A stretch of DNA of 64,000 bases from an uncultured Bacteroidales bacterium (GCA_944321895.1 CALUNA010000011.1:12633-76632); one strand, 5' to 3'. Positions 10,233-20,844 are shown, counted from the first letter of the stretch. Numbers and translations: made by a program. The notes: generated from the letters alone by a model not told the origin.

Positions 10233-11327
10233 TTATATTTCGTGTATGTTACCGTCCTCGACGTAAAACATTTTGGATGGTTGCGGAATGGTTTGCAGTA
10301 TGCTGTCTATGTACTCGCGGTTTGTGTCGGTGATGAATATCTGGCCGAACCGCTCGCTTGCGACCAGTTCGATGATTTTCTGCACGCGCTGGCTGTCCAG
10401 TTTGTCGAAAATGTCATCCAGCAGGAGCAATGGCGGTATGCCGTGTGTGCGTTTCAGGAAGTCGAATTGCGCGAGTTTCAGTGCAATCAGGTAGGTTTTG
10501 TTCTGTCCCTGCGAGCCGACCCGTTTGATGGGGTAGTCGCCGAGCATCATTTCCAGCTCATCCTTGTGTATGCCTTGTGTGCTGTATCCCAGAATGTGGT
10601 CACGTTCGCGGGTGCGCCGGAAGGCTTCGCGCAAGTCGCGGTCCTTCAGTTGTGAAGTGTAGTGCAGGCTGACGGTTTCCCTGTTCCCGGCAATGATGTC
10701 GTAGAACTCGATGAAAATAGGTGTAAACTGCTCTATGAAACGGCTGCGCTCATGGTAGATGTATTCGGCATGGAATGCCATCCTGTCTTCCCAGACTTCG
10801 AACAATGATACGTCGGGCAGTTCCTCGTTTTTCAGCAGGGCGTTGCGCTGTTTCAGGGCGTTGTTGTAGCTGAGCAGATGGTTCAGGTAGTTTTTGTCGT
10901 ATTGCGATATGACACCGTCCATGAACTTGCGGCGCTCATCGCTGCCGTCGGCAATCAGCTCCGAGTCGTCGGGCGAAACCAGCACAAGCGGCAGCAATCC
11001 GATGTGGTCGGCAAGGCGGTCATAGGTTTTCTTGTTGCGCCTGAACTGCTTTTTTTGCCGTCTTTTCATACCGCAATAAATTTCTTCCTGGTTGTCGCGG
11101 AGCGTGTAGTTGCCTTGTATCAGGCAAAATTCGGCATCGTGCTCTATGTTTTGCGAGTCAATCAGGTTGGAGTGGCTCTTGCAGAACGACAGGTAATAGA
11201 TGGCGTCGAGCACATTGGTCTTGCCCATGCCGTTCCGCCCGATAAAGCAGTTGATTTTATCGGAAAACAGCAGGTTGGCTTCCTTGATGTTCTTGTAGTT
11301 TAATATGGACAGCGCATTCAGTCTCAC
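10233..11327 (-). CDS. recF: DNA replication and repair protein RecF
   Basis: 364 aa starting MRLNALSILNYKNI, with Walker A GRNGMGKTNVLDAIYYLS, the SMC-like signature GSQGQNKTYLIALKLAQ, and Walker B LLLLDDIFDKLD. Confidence 0.93.
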   Translation of the reverse strand: MRLNALSILNYKNIKEANLLFSDKINCFIGRNGMGKTNVLDAIYYLSFCKSHSNLIDSQNIEHDAEFCLIQGNYTLRDNQEEIYCGMKRRQKKQFRRNKKTYDRLADHIGLLPLVLVSPDDSELIADGSDERRKFMDGVISQYDKNYLNHLLSYNNALKQRNALLKNEELPDVSLFEVWEDRMAFHAEYIYHERSRFIEQFTPIFIEFYDIIAGNRETVSLHYTSQLKDRDLREAFRRTRERDHILGYSTQGIHKDELEMMLGDYPIKRVGSQGQNKTYLIALKLAQFDFLKRTHGIPPLLLLDDIFDKLDSQRVQKIIELVASERFGQIFITDTNREYIDSILQTIPQPSKMFYVEDGNIHEI

Positions 11328-11342
11328 CGTGTGGTATTTTAT

Positions 11343-12869
11343 TTACAGTTTGCGTGTCACGCCGTATGTGGGCGTACTTTCATGTTTGTATCTGTTCACT
11401 GTGGTCACCACAAAGGTGTATGTGCCCTTGAACCGTTTTCCCAGTTCGTTCAGGTCGATGCAGTTGTCGGTGGTGCGGCACAGGATATTGGCCGGATTGT
11501 TCAGGTAGCCGGCTTTTTTGCCCTTGAAGGCATATACGACATAATAAGCCGTTGCACAGCCGCCGTCTTCGTGTACGGTGTCCCACCAAAGGTATGCATT
11601 GTGTCCGTCCTTGATGATACGCAGGTTTTGCGGATGTGCGGGCGTGTCGCCTTCAATATTGCGGTTGATGGGACACAGAGCAGGATATTTGTAGAAATTG
11701 GTTTGCAGGCTGTCGCACAGTCCCTGCGGGTTGCGCATAAATCCCTGGGCACTGAAATAGACTGCCCCGTCTATTTCCGGATGTTGTTTGTTCAGTTCCA
11801 GCTGGCGCACCAATTCGTTGGGTTTGCACCAGGCAGCGGCTGCCTTCTTGTTTCCGAGCTGCGAGGCGTAGAGTCCGATGTACAGGTTTTTGCCGTAGCT
11901 GTTCTTGCTCCACCAGTCGGCCAGAATCTCGTAATCGGCTACCTTTTTGCCAATTTCCCAGTAGAGTTGCGGCACAACGTAGTCGATGGAACCTTCGCGG
12001 AGCCATTTCAGGATATCGGCGTACAGGTCATCGTAGTTTTGCACGCCGGCCTGCGTGTCCGAGCCGTTGGGATCGTTGCTTTTGTTGCGCCACACACCGA
12101 ACGGGCTGATACCGAATTCCACCCAGGGTTTTATGCTCTTGATGGTTTGTTGCAGTTCGCTGATAATCATGTTCACGTTGTTGCGCCGCCAGTCGTCTTT
12201 CTGGTCGGGCAGGAATCCGCGCGGATTTGCCGCAAATGTCGTGTCGTCGGGAAAATCCCTGCCCTTGACGCGGTAGGGGTAAAAATAGTCGTCGAAGTGT
12301 ATGGCGTCCACATCATAGCGTTCCACAATGTCGCGCACTACTTTGTTCAGGAATGCGCGCGTTTCGTCCAGTCCCGGGTCGAAATACCATTTGCCGCCAT
12401 ATTCGACAAACCATTCCGGATGCTGGTGGTATATGTGGCTGTCGCTGAGTTGCGCAATGTCGGCCGAATTGGTTACGCGGTACGGGTTCAGCCACACGTG
12501 CACATCCATGCAACGTGCGTGCGCCTCCTCAATGACGAATTGCAAAGGGTCGTAGTAGGGTTGCGGTGCCTGTCCTTGTTCGCCCGTCAGCCATTGCGAC
12601 CATGGCTCCAGAGTGGATGGATAGAACGTGTCGGCTGTCGGCCTTATCTGGAACACGATGGCGTTAATGTTGTTTTTGGCAAATGTGTCGAGCATGTTGC
12701 GCATTTCCTGCCGTTGCAGGGCAGGCTGCGTTTGTGCCGCCAGGGTCGGCCAGTCGATGTTCGCTACGGTGGCTATCCATACGGCGCGCATTTCGCGTTT
12801 TTTCGGTTGCGCATGGAGCAGGGCGGAAAACAGGATGCAGCAGGCAAGCAGTGCGGTTGTTTTTTTCAT
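11343..12869 (-). CDS. Glycoside-hydrolase-like GHL10 (DUF187/YngK-type) secreted protein
   Basis: I take the start at the internal Met (MKKTTALLACCILFSALLHAQ signal peptide; cat at 12867-12869), not the 13025 start in the ORF track. The motif REMRAVWIATVANIDWP and a TIM-barrel-like layout match the GHL10 family. Confidence 0.8.
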   Translation of the reverse strand: MKKTTALLACCILFSALLHAQPKKREMRAVWIATVANIDWPTLAAQTQPALQRQEMRNMLDTFAKNNINAIVFQIRPTADTFYPSTLEPWSQWLTGEQGQAPQPYYDPLQFVIEEAHARCMDVHVWLNPYRVTNSADIAQLSDSHIYHQHPEWFVEYGGKWYFDPGLDETRAFLNKVVRDIVERYDVDAIHFDDYFYPYRVKGRDFPDDTTFAANPRGFLPDQKDDWRRNNVNMIISELQQTIKSIKPWVEFGISPFGVWRNKSNDPNGSDTQAGVQNYDDLYADILKWLREGSIDYVVPQLYWEIGKKVADYEILADWWSKNSYGKNLYIGLYASQLGNKKAAAAWCKPNELVRQLELNKQHPEIDGAVYFSAQGFMRNPQGLCDSLQTNFYKYPALCPINRNIEGDTPAHPQNLRIIKDGHNAYLWWDTVHEDGGCATAYYVVYAFKGKKAGYLNNPANILCRTTDNCIDLNELGKRFKGTYTFVVTTVNRYKHESTPTYGVTRKL

Positions 12870-12970
12870 GTTTTTTCTGTTTGTCGTGAATTGGACTATT
12901 TTGCTGCAAATGTACATGATAAATATCAGATATGCAAAGCCGGCAGTCGCTTTGACGCCTGTTTTTCCAT

Positions 12971-13010
12971 AAAAGAAGCCGTCCTGTACAGCTGTACAAA
13001 ACGGCTTTTG
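12971..13010 (-). terminator. Hairpin after the V-ATPase K subunit gene
   Basis: AAGCCGT ... ACGGCTT stem enclosing the perfect palindrome TGTACAGCTGTACA. On the minus strand it is followed by CTTTTAT. It lies 22 nt past the stop at 13032. Confidence 0.5.
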
Positions 13011-13031
13011 GATAATGTTTGTCACTTTTGA

Positions 13032-13493
<462 letters not shown>

Positions 13494-13523
13494 TTAGTTG
13501 TTATTGTTTTGGTTATTTGATTT

Positions 13524-15380
13524 TTATTGATTTGCAGTCGTTTTTGTTTTTGTTCTGAACGGGTTATACGCTTCGCCTCCGCCTTCGAATCCGGCATTCT
13601 TATAGAATTCCACGAACGTCAGACGCAGCGGGTGCACGATGGAACTGATAATGCACAGAATGAAATTCAGCGAATGTCCTATCAGCAGAATCAGCAGCAT
13701 AGGCAGCCAGCGGATATAAGCCGACATGTCGGCAGTCAGGTCGGTTGCCAGCATGTTGAACACGTTGCCAAGGATACCGCCGGCCAGTCCCAATGCGAAC
13801 AGACGGATGTACGACAGCACGTCGCCCAACAGGCCGCTGACCATGTTGTATGTGCCCCACAACCCGGAACCGAAGTTGGCGAAAATGTTCTTGTCGGGCG
13901 AGTTGTAGAACAGGATAATCACGGCGCACAAGCCGGCAATGGCATACAGGACAGCCTGCGGAATGGTTATACCCACGAGCGGCAACAGGAACGCGGCTAT
14001 CACGCTCAGGATGCCGACTAACCACGCTACCGTGGACAGCGCGTATTTGAATCCGTGCTGTATGGTGATTTTGGCGGCATTGAATCCCATGGCGAACAGG
14101 ATTTGCAGCACGCCGACGCCAATGGCCACAAGCATCATCGGGTCGTAGCCGCCCAATTTGTCCGCGTAGTTGTTGGATGTGATGAAGTATTCTTTCACTC
14201 CCGCCAGCCATGGCCAGGTAACCGAGTCGAGCATGATGCCGAAAAATACGCCGGTCAGCAGTCCGACAACCATGGTTGCGCCGCCCAGGAATTGGCCCAG
14301 TATGGCCAGGTTGCGGAATGCCGGTTTTTTGATGCGCAGGATGGTGGCCGCAATGAGTATCAGCAGGCCGTATCCGCCGTCACCCAGACAGAGACCGAAA
14401 AACAGCATGAAAAATGGCGCAAAGAAAGGTGTCGGGTCAATCTCGCTGTAGTTTGGCAATGCATACAGTTTGGTAATCGGCTCGAACAGTTTTGCAAAAA
14501 AGTTATTCTTCAGTTTGATGGGAACGTTTTCGCCCATCACTGGGTCGGACACTTCGTAATAGATGTTTTCCTGCTCAAGCATGGTGTCCAGGTCTTTTTC
14601 GACACTTTGCGGGCAATAGCCTTCCAACAGCATGACTTTGTTTTCCGCTGTCGGTTCCGTACTCAGTTCCACTTTCTGGAAGTCAATGTTTTCTTCTATC
14701 TGGAGTGCATATTGTTGCAGGTTTTTGTAGTTGGCTATGGCCCAGGCCTGCATTTTGGCCGTATGTGCTACCAGCAGGTGGTTCAGTCCTTCCACGTCCA
14801 GGAGCAGTTGTGCACTGTTTTTTGCATTCAGCGTGATGGTTTCCGCATCAATGTCGGGCGCGGACTGTCCATCGCTTACAACCACGAAATACAGCGTAGC
14901 CGCAATTTTGCCTGTCACGAACGTGTTGTATTCCGTTTCCCATTCGGGTTTGAATTTGCTTTCGGTGCATGCGTAAAACTGCAGCTTGTAACCGGCTTCA
15001 TCCAGTTCTTGCAGCCGTTTCGTGTCGTAGTTGCCCCACACAGCCATGCGTTCAGCTTCCTTGCGTGTGTTGGTGATGGCTTGTTGCAGCCGTTGTTTCT
15101 CGGCCTGCATCTCATCGAAGGCTTGCAGCAGGGCAGCTCCGTCAATGGTGGCAGATGCATCGGCAGGTGTTGTGTCCGGCAGCAACAGGCTTTCTGTTTC
15201 GGCTATGGTTTTCTTGACCTTGGCCGCCAGTTGCATCTTTTCGCGCAACTGGTCATTTTCAGCTATGCCTTCCGGTTTTTCCGCCACGTGCACGACGCCG
15301 ACATCCCTCAGTTTTTCCAGAAAGTCGGTGTACTGCCGGTGATAGACCAGAAACACATATTTTTTCATTTTTACTATCAT
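13524..15380 (-). CDS. V-type ATPase subunit I (a-type stator/ion channel subunit)
   Basis: 618 aa. The N-terminal half is soluble and coiled-coil, and the C-terminal half has about 7 TM helices with a conserved Arg context (LSYIRLFALGLAG). An alternative start is Met5 (15368). Confidence 0.9.
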   Translation of the reverse strand: MIVKMKKYVFLVYHRQYTDFLEKLRDVGVVHVAEKPEGIAENDQLREKMQLAAKVKKTIAETESLLLPDTTPADASATIDGAALLQAFDEMQAEKQRLQQAITNTRKEAERMAVWGNYDTKRLQELDEAGYKLQFYACTESKFKPEWETEYNTFVTGKIAATLYFVVVSDGQSAPDIDAETITLNAKNSAQLLLDVEGLNHLLVAHTAKMQAWAIANYKNLQQYALQIEENIDFQKVELSTEPTAENKVMLLEGYCPQSVEKDLDTMLEQENIYYEVSDPVMGENVPIKLKNNFFAKLFEPITKLYALPNYSEIDPTPFFAPFFMLFFGLCLGDGGYGLLILIAATILRIKKPAFRNLAILGQFLGGATMVVGLLTGVFFGIMLDSVTWPWLAGVKEYFITSNNYADKLGGYDPMMLVAIGVGVLQILFAMGFNAAKITIQHGFKYALSTVAWLVGILSVIAAFLLPLVGITIPQAVLYAIAGLCAVIILFYNSPDKNIFANFGSGLWGTYNMVSGLLGDVLSYIRLFALGLAGGILGNVFNMLATDLTADMSAYIRWLPMLLILLIGHSLNFILCIISSIVHPLRLTFVEFYKNAGFEGGGEAYNPFRTKTKTTANQ

Positions 15381-15402
15381 AACTCAATCTCCGGTTGTGT
15401 CG

Positions 15403-16005
15403 TTAAACATTTGTCGATTCGGTGGAATGACGCATTTTCACGATTTTCTGGGACGATTTGGACAGGTTTTCCTCGTCTTCCATGAACCGTTTGATTTTGC
15501 GTATGGCATCTTCATATCCCGGAATCTGGACTTTTTCAAAAAGGTTGACCTTCTGCGTCGTTTTTTTGCGTGCAAATTCCAACAACTGGAGTTTTTGCGC
15601 GGCAAACTCGCGCTCAATCCCGACTTGTGCCAGTTCTTTGAGTTGGGTCAATCCGTCGGCAAACCATTTCGGGCTGTTGAACACGCTGAATGGCTTGGTG
15701 CTGTAAACAACTTCCTCGAGCACGGGAATGCGGACACCCGCAATCTTCTTGACATTCATTTTCACATCGTCCACGTGCAGCAGGCTCGTATCAAACTCGC
15801 CCCACAAGGCCAGCATGCGGTCGTAGGATGCGATGCGCTGTTCAAAATCCTGTTCTATGCCGGCAATTTCCGATTTGGCTTTTTTCACCTCCATGCGTAG
15901 CGCGCTTTCCTTGTTCTTGATGGTCGGCAAGGAACGAACACGCATTTTCAGGTTCTTTTCCAGGTTCTGAAGCGACGTTTTGTTATATTGAAATGTTATT
16001 GCCAT
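15403..16005 (-). CDS. V-type ATPase subunit D
   Basis: 200 aa, long helical, beginning MAITFQYNKTSLQNLEKNLKMRVRSLPTIKNKESALR. It is in operon context between subunits B and I. Confidence 0.88.
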   Translation of the reverse strand: MAITFQYNKTSLQNLEKNLKMRVRSLPTIKNKESALRMEVKKAKSEIAGIEQDFEQRIASYDRMLALWGEFDTSLLHVDDVKMNVKKIAGVRIPVLEEVVYSTKPFSVFNSPKWFADGLTQLKELAQVGIEREFAAQKLQLLEFARKKTTQKVNLFEKVQIPGYEDAIRKIKRFMEDEENLSKSSQKIVKMRHSTESTNV

Positions 16006-16042
16006 AATTATTGTCTGAAACTGAATCGGGCGGATTCAGCAT

Positions 16043-17362
16043 TTATTTTTTCCAATATTTCTCAACCAGTTCGTGTTTGATGTTCACTTCTTCCGGCTTG
16101 AAGTACTTGGCGAACAAGCCCCATGCAACATCCAACATTTGGGTCGTGTCTATGTTCACGTCGATAGCCAGCAGGTCGTTCGAGTAGTCTTTCGCGAACG
16201 ACAGGCAACGCTCGTCGTAGTCGGTCAGGTCGAAACCGTTTTCCTGTTTTGTCTTGGCGTTGGCAGCATCTGCATACAGGCGGACGGCTGCGTTCATTAC
16301 CTGCGGGTGGTCTTCGCGGGTTTTTTTGCCGGCAACGAGCTGTTTCAGACGCGACAAGGAGCGGAACGGGTCCACAATGACTTTTCCGATGTCGCTGTCG
16401 CGGCGCAAGTAGAGCTGTCCTTCCGTAATGTAACCGGTGTTGTCCGGCACGGCGTGTGTGATGTCGCCGCCCGACAGGGTTGTTACGGCAATGATGGTGA
16501 TGGAACCGCCCGTCGGGAACTGTACGGCCTTTTCATAAATCTTGGCCAGGTCGGAATAGAGCGAGCCGGGCATGGAGTCCTTGGACGGGATCTGGTCCAT
16601 ACGGTTTGAAACAATGGCCAGTGCGTCGGCGTATGATGTCATGTCGGTCAGCAGCACCAGTACTTTCTGGTTCTTTTCCACTGCGAAATATTCGGCGGCG
16701 GTCAGTGCCATGTCCGGAATCAGCAGGCGTTCCACCGGCGGGTTCTCGGTCGTGTTCACGAACGAAACGATGCGGTCCAGCACGCCGGCGTTGTTGAATA
16801 CGTTCTTGAAATACAGGTAATCATCGTTGGTCAGGCCCATGCCGCCCAGAATGATTTTGTCGGCTTTTGCACGCAATGCCACGTTGGCCATTACCTGGTT
16901 GTAAGGTTGGTCAGGGTCGGCAAAGAACGGAATTTTTTGTCCGGAAACGAGCGTGTTGTTCAAGTCGATGCCGGCAATACCGGTCGCAATCAGTTCCGAC
17001 GGTTGTTTGCGGCGCACGGGGTTCACGCTTGGTCCGCCTATTTCCACTTCCTGGCCTTCAATTTCCGGACCGCCGTCAATAGGCTGGCCGAATGCGTTGA
17101 AGAAGCGTCCTGCCAGCTGGTCGCTGACCTTTAGGGTAGGAGCCTTGCCCAGAAAAACGACTTCTGCATCGGTTGGAATGCCTTCCGTCCCCTGGAATAC
17201 CTGCAGGGTAATATCATCACCCATGATTTTAACCACCTGCGCCAGTTTGCCGTTTACGGTGGCCAGCTCATCGTTGCCCACACCGGTTGCTTTCAAGGAG
17301 CAGGTTGCTTTATTGATAGAGGTGATTCTTGTGTAGATTTTTTGAAATGCTTTTGTTGCCAT
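16043..17362 (-). CDS. V-type ATPase subunit B (non-catalytic)
   Basis: 439 aa with typical V/A-type B subunit blocks (PSVNPVRRKQPSELIATGIAGIDLNNTLVSGQKIPFF, TDMTSYADALAIVS, PGSLYSDLAKIYE). Confidence 0.95.
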   Translation of the reverse strand: MATKAFQKIYTRITSINKATCSLKATGVGNDELATVNGKLAQVVKIMGDDITLQVFQGTEGIPTDAEVVFLGKAPTLKVSDQLAGRFFNAFGQPIDGGPEIEGQEVEIGGPSVNPVRRKQPSELIATGIAGIDLNNTLVSGQKIPFFADPDQPYNQVMANVALRAKADKIILGGMGLTNDDYLYFKNVFNNAGVLDRIVSFVNTTENPPVERLLIPDMALTAAEYFAVEKNQKVLVLLTDMTSYADALAIVSNRMDQIPSKDSMPGSLYSDLAKIYEKAVQFPTGGSITIIAVTTLSGGDITHAVPDNTGYITEGQLYLRRDSDIGKVIVDPFRSLSRLKQLVAGKKTREDHPQVMNAAVRLYADAANAKTKQENGFDLTDYDERCLSFAKDYSNDLLAIDVNIDTTQMLDVAWGLFAKYFKPEEVNIKHELVEKYWKK

Positions 17363-17404
17363 ATATGTATTCTTTCTTTTATTGCTTTTTGAATATACGG
17401 TGTT

Positions 17405-19168
17405 TTATGCTTGTGCAATCTGGCGTTCTGCCAGCAGATTATTCAGTTCGCCCAGATATTTTTCAAACTGTTCCGAATGGAACTTGCTGTAGTTCATTTG
17501 TTTGCAAATGTTGATGACGCGTTTGAAGTATTCGCTTACATCCACGAAGTTGTCAAAATTGTAGTCGTGGCGGCAAATGTCCATGACGATGTTCAGCATG
17601 AACTCCTGTCTTTCCAGCGGGCATACGGCATCTATGGCATCGAAAGCATCCTGTTGCAGAATGACATAGTCAATGACCTCTGATTTCCAGAATGTTTCGT
17701 GATAATCAACCGGAACACCATCGTCACCCAGGATGTTGATTTGTTCCTGCACTTCCTTGCCGCGTTGCAGCAGGGTTTTCATGTCGTTTACTTTTTTTGT
17801 CCAGTCGGGCGAGATGCGTTTTGAAATGTATTCTTCAAATTCCGGATATTCCAGATATTTCGAGTAACTGTCTATCGGATTTACGGCCGGGTATCGTTTG
17901 CGGTCGGCCCGGTTCTGTTCCAGTGCGTAGAAGCATCGTGCCGCCTTTTTGGTTCCTTCGGTAACGGGTTCTTTCAGGTTACCTCCGGCCGGCGATACGG
18001 TGCCTATGAACGTAATGGAACCTGTTTTGCCGTTTTTCAGATATACATAACCGGCCCGGCTGTAGAATGCGCCGATAATGGCCGACAAATCCATTGGGAA
18101 AGCATCCTGTCCGGGCAGTTCCTCCATACGGTTACTCATTTCGCGCAAGGCCTGCGCCCAACGCGAAGTAGAGTCAGCCATGAGCAGCACGCGCAATCCC
18201 ATGGCGCGATAATATTCTGAAATGGTCATGGCCGTGTAAACAGAGGCTTCACGTGCGGCAACCGGCATGTTTGATGTGTTGGCGATAATGATGGTACGTT
18301 CCATCAGCTTGCGGCCGGTGTGCGGATCTTCCAGTTCCGGGAATTCCACAAAGGTTTCCACAACCTCGTTGGCACGTTCGCCGCAGGCGGCAATGATAAC
18401 CACATCGGCTTCAGCCTGTTTGGATATGGCATGTTGCAACACGGTCTTGCCGGTTCCGAACGGGCCGGGGATGAATCCTGTTCCGCCTTCCGCAATCGGG
18501 TTTACGGTGTCAATGGTGCGTACGCCGGTTTCCAGCAGTTTGAACGGGCGCGGTTTTTCCACATGTACGTTGATGGCTTTTTTGACCGGCCATTTCTGTA
18601 TCATGGTGATGTTGTGTTCGTTGCCGTCGGCATCGGTGAGCACGGCAATCGTGTCTTCGATGGTGTATTCGCCGGCAGGTACAATGGATTTGACGGTGTA
18701 GTGTCCTTCCATGACAAACGGCACCATGATTTTGTGCGGCTGGTGGTTTTCGTCCACCTCGCCGAGCCATGATGCGGCTTCTACGTCGTCACCGGCTTTT
18801 GCAAGTGGCTGGAACGCCCATTTCTGTTCTTTGTCCAGCGGGAAGTTGTATTCTCCGCGTTTCAGGAATATGCCGGTCAGTTTGTCCAGGTCGTTTTGCA
18901 GACCGTCGTATTTGCGGCTCAGCAGTCCCGGTCCCAGAATCACTTCCAGCATGTGGCCGGTAAATTCTACTTCGTTGCCGACTTTCAGGCCGCGTGTGCT
19001 TTCGAATACCTGCACGGATACGGTGTCGCCGGTTACTTTCAGCACTTCAGCCATGAGCCGTTGTTCGCCCAGCGTGATGTAGCATATTTCATTTTGGGCT
19101 ACCGGCCCGTTTACCTCAATGGTTACGAGGTTGGAAATAATACCTTTAACTTTTCCTTTTGTTGACAT
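17405..19168 (-). CDS. V-type ATPase subunit A (catalytic)
   Basis: 587 aa with Walker A GPFGTGKTVLQ, the RANEVVETF block, and Walker B region LLMADSTSRWAQALRE. Confidence 0.96.
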   Translation of the reverse strand: MSTKGKVKGIISNLVTIEVNGPVAQNEICYITLGEQRLMAEVLKVTGDTVSVQVFESTRGLKVGNEVEFTGHMLEVILGPGLLSRKYDGLQNDLDKLTGIFLKRGEYNFPLDKEQKWAFQPLAKAGDDVEAASWLGEVDENHQPHKIMVPFVMEGHYTVKSIVPAGEYTIEDTIAVLTDADGNEHNITMIQKWPVKKAINVHVEKPRPFKLLETGVRTIDTVNPIAEGGTGFIPGPFGTGKTVLQHAISKQAEADVVIIAACGERANEVVETFVEFPELEDPHTGRKLMERTIIIANTSNMPVAAREASVYTAMTISEYYRAMGLRVLLMADSTSRWAQALREMSNRMEELPGQDAFPMDLSAIIGAFYSRAGYVYLKNGKTGSITFIGTVSPAGGNLKEPVTEGTKKAARCFYALEQNRADRKRYPAVNPIDSYSKYLEYPEFEEYISKRISPDWTKKVNDMKTLLQRGKEVQEQINILGDDGVPVDYHETFWKSEVIDYVILQQDAFDAIDAVCPLERQEFMLNIVMDICRHDYNFDNFVDVSEYFKRVINICKQMNYSKFHSEQFEKYLGELNNLLAERQIAQA

Positions 19169-19202
19169 ATGTTTTTGCTTTTATTACTTGTTCGTTGTGG
19201 TG

Positions 19203-20027
19203 TTACAGTTTGACATCTTTTTTCAGTTCATTCAGCAACTGGCGGAAAATCTGTTGGCCGTTCTCGGCTGTCAGGTTGTCCCACCGGTGCAGCAATTCGC
19301 ATTTGAGCCAGAATGCCAGCACGCGCTCTATGGAAAAGTAGTGGAAGAAGGTCTTGTCTTCCAGCCAGTTCCATTTGAGCAGGTCGATTTTCTTTTCGCG
19401 TTCCAGCAGGTTCGGTTCATCGGCAATGGCCATTAGTGTGTCCGTTTCGTCAAATATGCCTGCCAGTCCGAAATCACGTGTGTTGCTTGTGCGTATGGCT
19501 TGTGCTACCGTGTTGTTGCCTATTATGGCCTGCTTGATGTCAAAGCCGTGTTTCCGGCAAATGAGTGCTGTCAGGATATTGTTGATGTTGAGGCAGTAGT
19601 TGAACCATTCGGCAACGAATTTGTTTTCGGAGTTGCTTCCGAAATCATAATACAATGTGGTCAGCAAATTTTCTTGCGAATATATGTTTTCCCGTTTTTT
19701 TTCGTCGTTTATGGTTTGCAGGAATGTGAGCATGTATGGTTGCAGGCGTGCATCTTGTGGGTTGTCTGTTTCATCCACCAAGACCATCAGTTCGGCCCAG
19801 TCTGTGGCAGTCAGTGTGCCGAGCGGATGCAGCGGGGCATCTTTGTCGGCCAGATATGCCAGCAGGTTGTGGTTGTCGTACTGCATTTGCAGCAGGCGCA
19901 ACAGGGCGGCATCGTCCGGTGACAAGGTTTCCTGCAATTCTTCCAGCAGCGTTTCCATGGAAGGAAGGCCTTTGCCCTGGTCCGGTTGGAGGTCGGGCAA
20001 ACCTGCGATTAAACAATAGTAATTCAT
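19203..20027 (-). CDS. DUF2764-family protein, presumed V-ATPase C/d-like accessory subunit
   Basis: 274 aa starting MNYYCLIAGLPDL, a start characteristic of the family found between the E and A genes in Bacteroidota V-ATPase operons. Confidence 0.78.
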   Translation of the reverse strand: MNYYCLIAGLPDLQPDQGKGLPSMETLLEELQETLSPDDAALLRLLQMQYDNHNLLAYLADKDAPLHPLGTLTATDWAELMVLVDETDNPQDARLQPYMLTFLQTINDEKKRENIYSQENLLTTLYYDFGSNSENKFVAEWFNYCLNINNILTALICRKHGFDIKQAIIGNNTVAQAIRTSNTRDFGLAGIFDETDTLMAIADEPNLLEREKKIDLLKWNWLEDKTFFHYFSIERVLAFWLKCELLHRWDNLTAENGQQIFRQLLNELKKDVKL

Positions 20028-20114
20028 ATAGACATGGTTGATCCTTTTTTTGGACAGGACGCAGTTGTTGTTGGTGTTACCCTGATAGGTGAATCGTTTT
20101 CTTGAAAAATCTGG

Positions 20115-20705
20115 TTAGAACAGCATTTCTACCAGTTTCGGGCGCAGGAATTCTTTGAAATAGGCAATGAATTCTTCGTCGCCGAATGTGATTTTATAGC
20201 CTCCCTGAGCGGGTTTTATCACGAAATCGGTTTTGATGCTTTTAGTTTCCTTTATGGTTACGCCGTTTGTGAGCAACTGTTTTGCGTTTGCGGCAAAATA
20301 GTCGGTCAGTTCCTTGGCATCCTTGGTTTCGATTATAACCTCGCCATTCTTGGCCCATTGGGCGGCCAGTCCGGCTATGATTTTCTGCATGAAGGCTTTG
20401 TCGGCTGTGGCGGCTTTGACAGAATCGCTGGCCAGTTTGTCGCAAAGCAGGTTGGTTACTTCGGTTTTCAGGGCGTTGACCGATTGCTCGGCGAACAGTT
20501 TCAGTTCGGAGCGGGTGTTTTTGTCCAGTTCTGCCGCATTTTGTTGTGCAATGGTAAGCATTTTGTCTGCTTCGGCTTTTGCCTTTGCAATGATTTCATT
20601 GGCTTCTGCCTTTGCTTTTGCAATGATTTCATTGGCTTCTGCCTTACCTTTTTCTACGCCTTCGTTGTAGATCTTGTCTGTTAATTGTTGAAGTTTGTCA
20701 CTCAT
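20115..20705 (-). CDS. V-type ATPase subunit E
   Basis: I take the start at MSDKLQQLTDKIYNEGVEKGKAEA (cat at 20703-20705), where the ORF track starts 13 codons earlier. The long N-terminal helix and C-terminal globular domain are typical of E subunits. Confidence 0.85.
   Translation of the reverse strand: MSDKLQQLTDKIYNEGVEKGKAEANEIIAKAKAEANEIIAKAKAEADKMLTIAQQNAAELDKNTRSELKLFAEQSVNALKTEVTNLLCDKLASDSVKAATADKAFMQKIIAGLAAQWAKNGEVIIETKDAKELTDYFAANAKQLLTNGVTIKETKSIKTDFVIKPAQGGYKITFGDEEFIAYFKEFLRPKLVEMLF
20585..20650 (-). repeat. In-frame 33-bp tandem duplication inside the subunit E gene
   Basis: TTGCAATGATTTCATTGGCTTCTGCCTT occurs at 20585-20612 and again at 20618-20645 (period 33). It encodes AEANEIIAKAK twice, followed by the degenerate AEADKMLTIAQ. 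Confidence 0.85.
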
Positions 20706-20741
20706 GTTTATCGGTTTTTCATCATTGTTTTTTCCTGATTG

Positions 20742-20749
20742 CAAAACTA
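20742..20749 (-). promoter_or_regulatory. Candidate -7 box (TAGTTTTG) for the V-ATPase operon
   Basis: The reverse complement of CAAAACTA matches the Bacteroides TAnnTTTG consensus, 37 nt upstream of the subunit E ATG. A second match (TAAGTTTG) lies at 20783-20790. Confidence 0.3.
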
Positions 20750-20844
20750 CTAAATTCTTTCCTAACCGGAAAGGAATCGTTGCAAACTTATAGAAGTAAT
20801 TAATTTTTTTTCATATCAGCCTTAATCGTTGTTATTTGGCATTT

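Noticed and set aside
11331-13031. 566-aa plus-strand ORF mirroring the GHL10 gene
   Set aside because: Same shadow-ORF explanation. The minus-strand product has a signal peptide and the GHL10 signature, and the plus-strand product has no recognisable features.
14055-15485. 476-aa plus-strand ORF over the V-ATPase subunit I gene. Similar antisense ORFs occur at 849-1829, 5228-6094, 16073-16609, 24246-24953, 29704-30705 and 41208-41993.
   Set aside because: All lie antisense to confidently identified genes and have low-complexity composition without motifs. I treat them as non-coding shadow frames.
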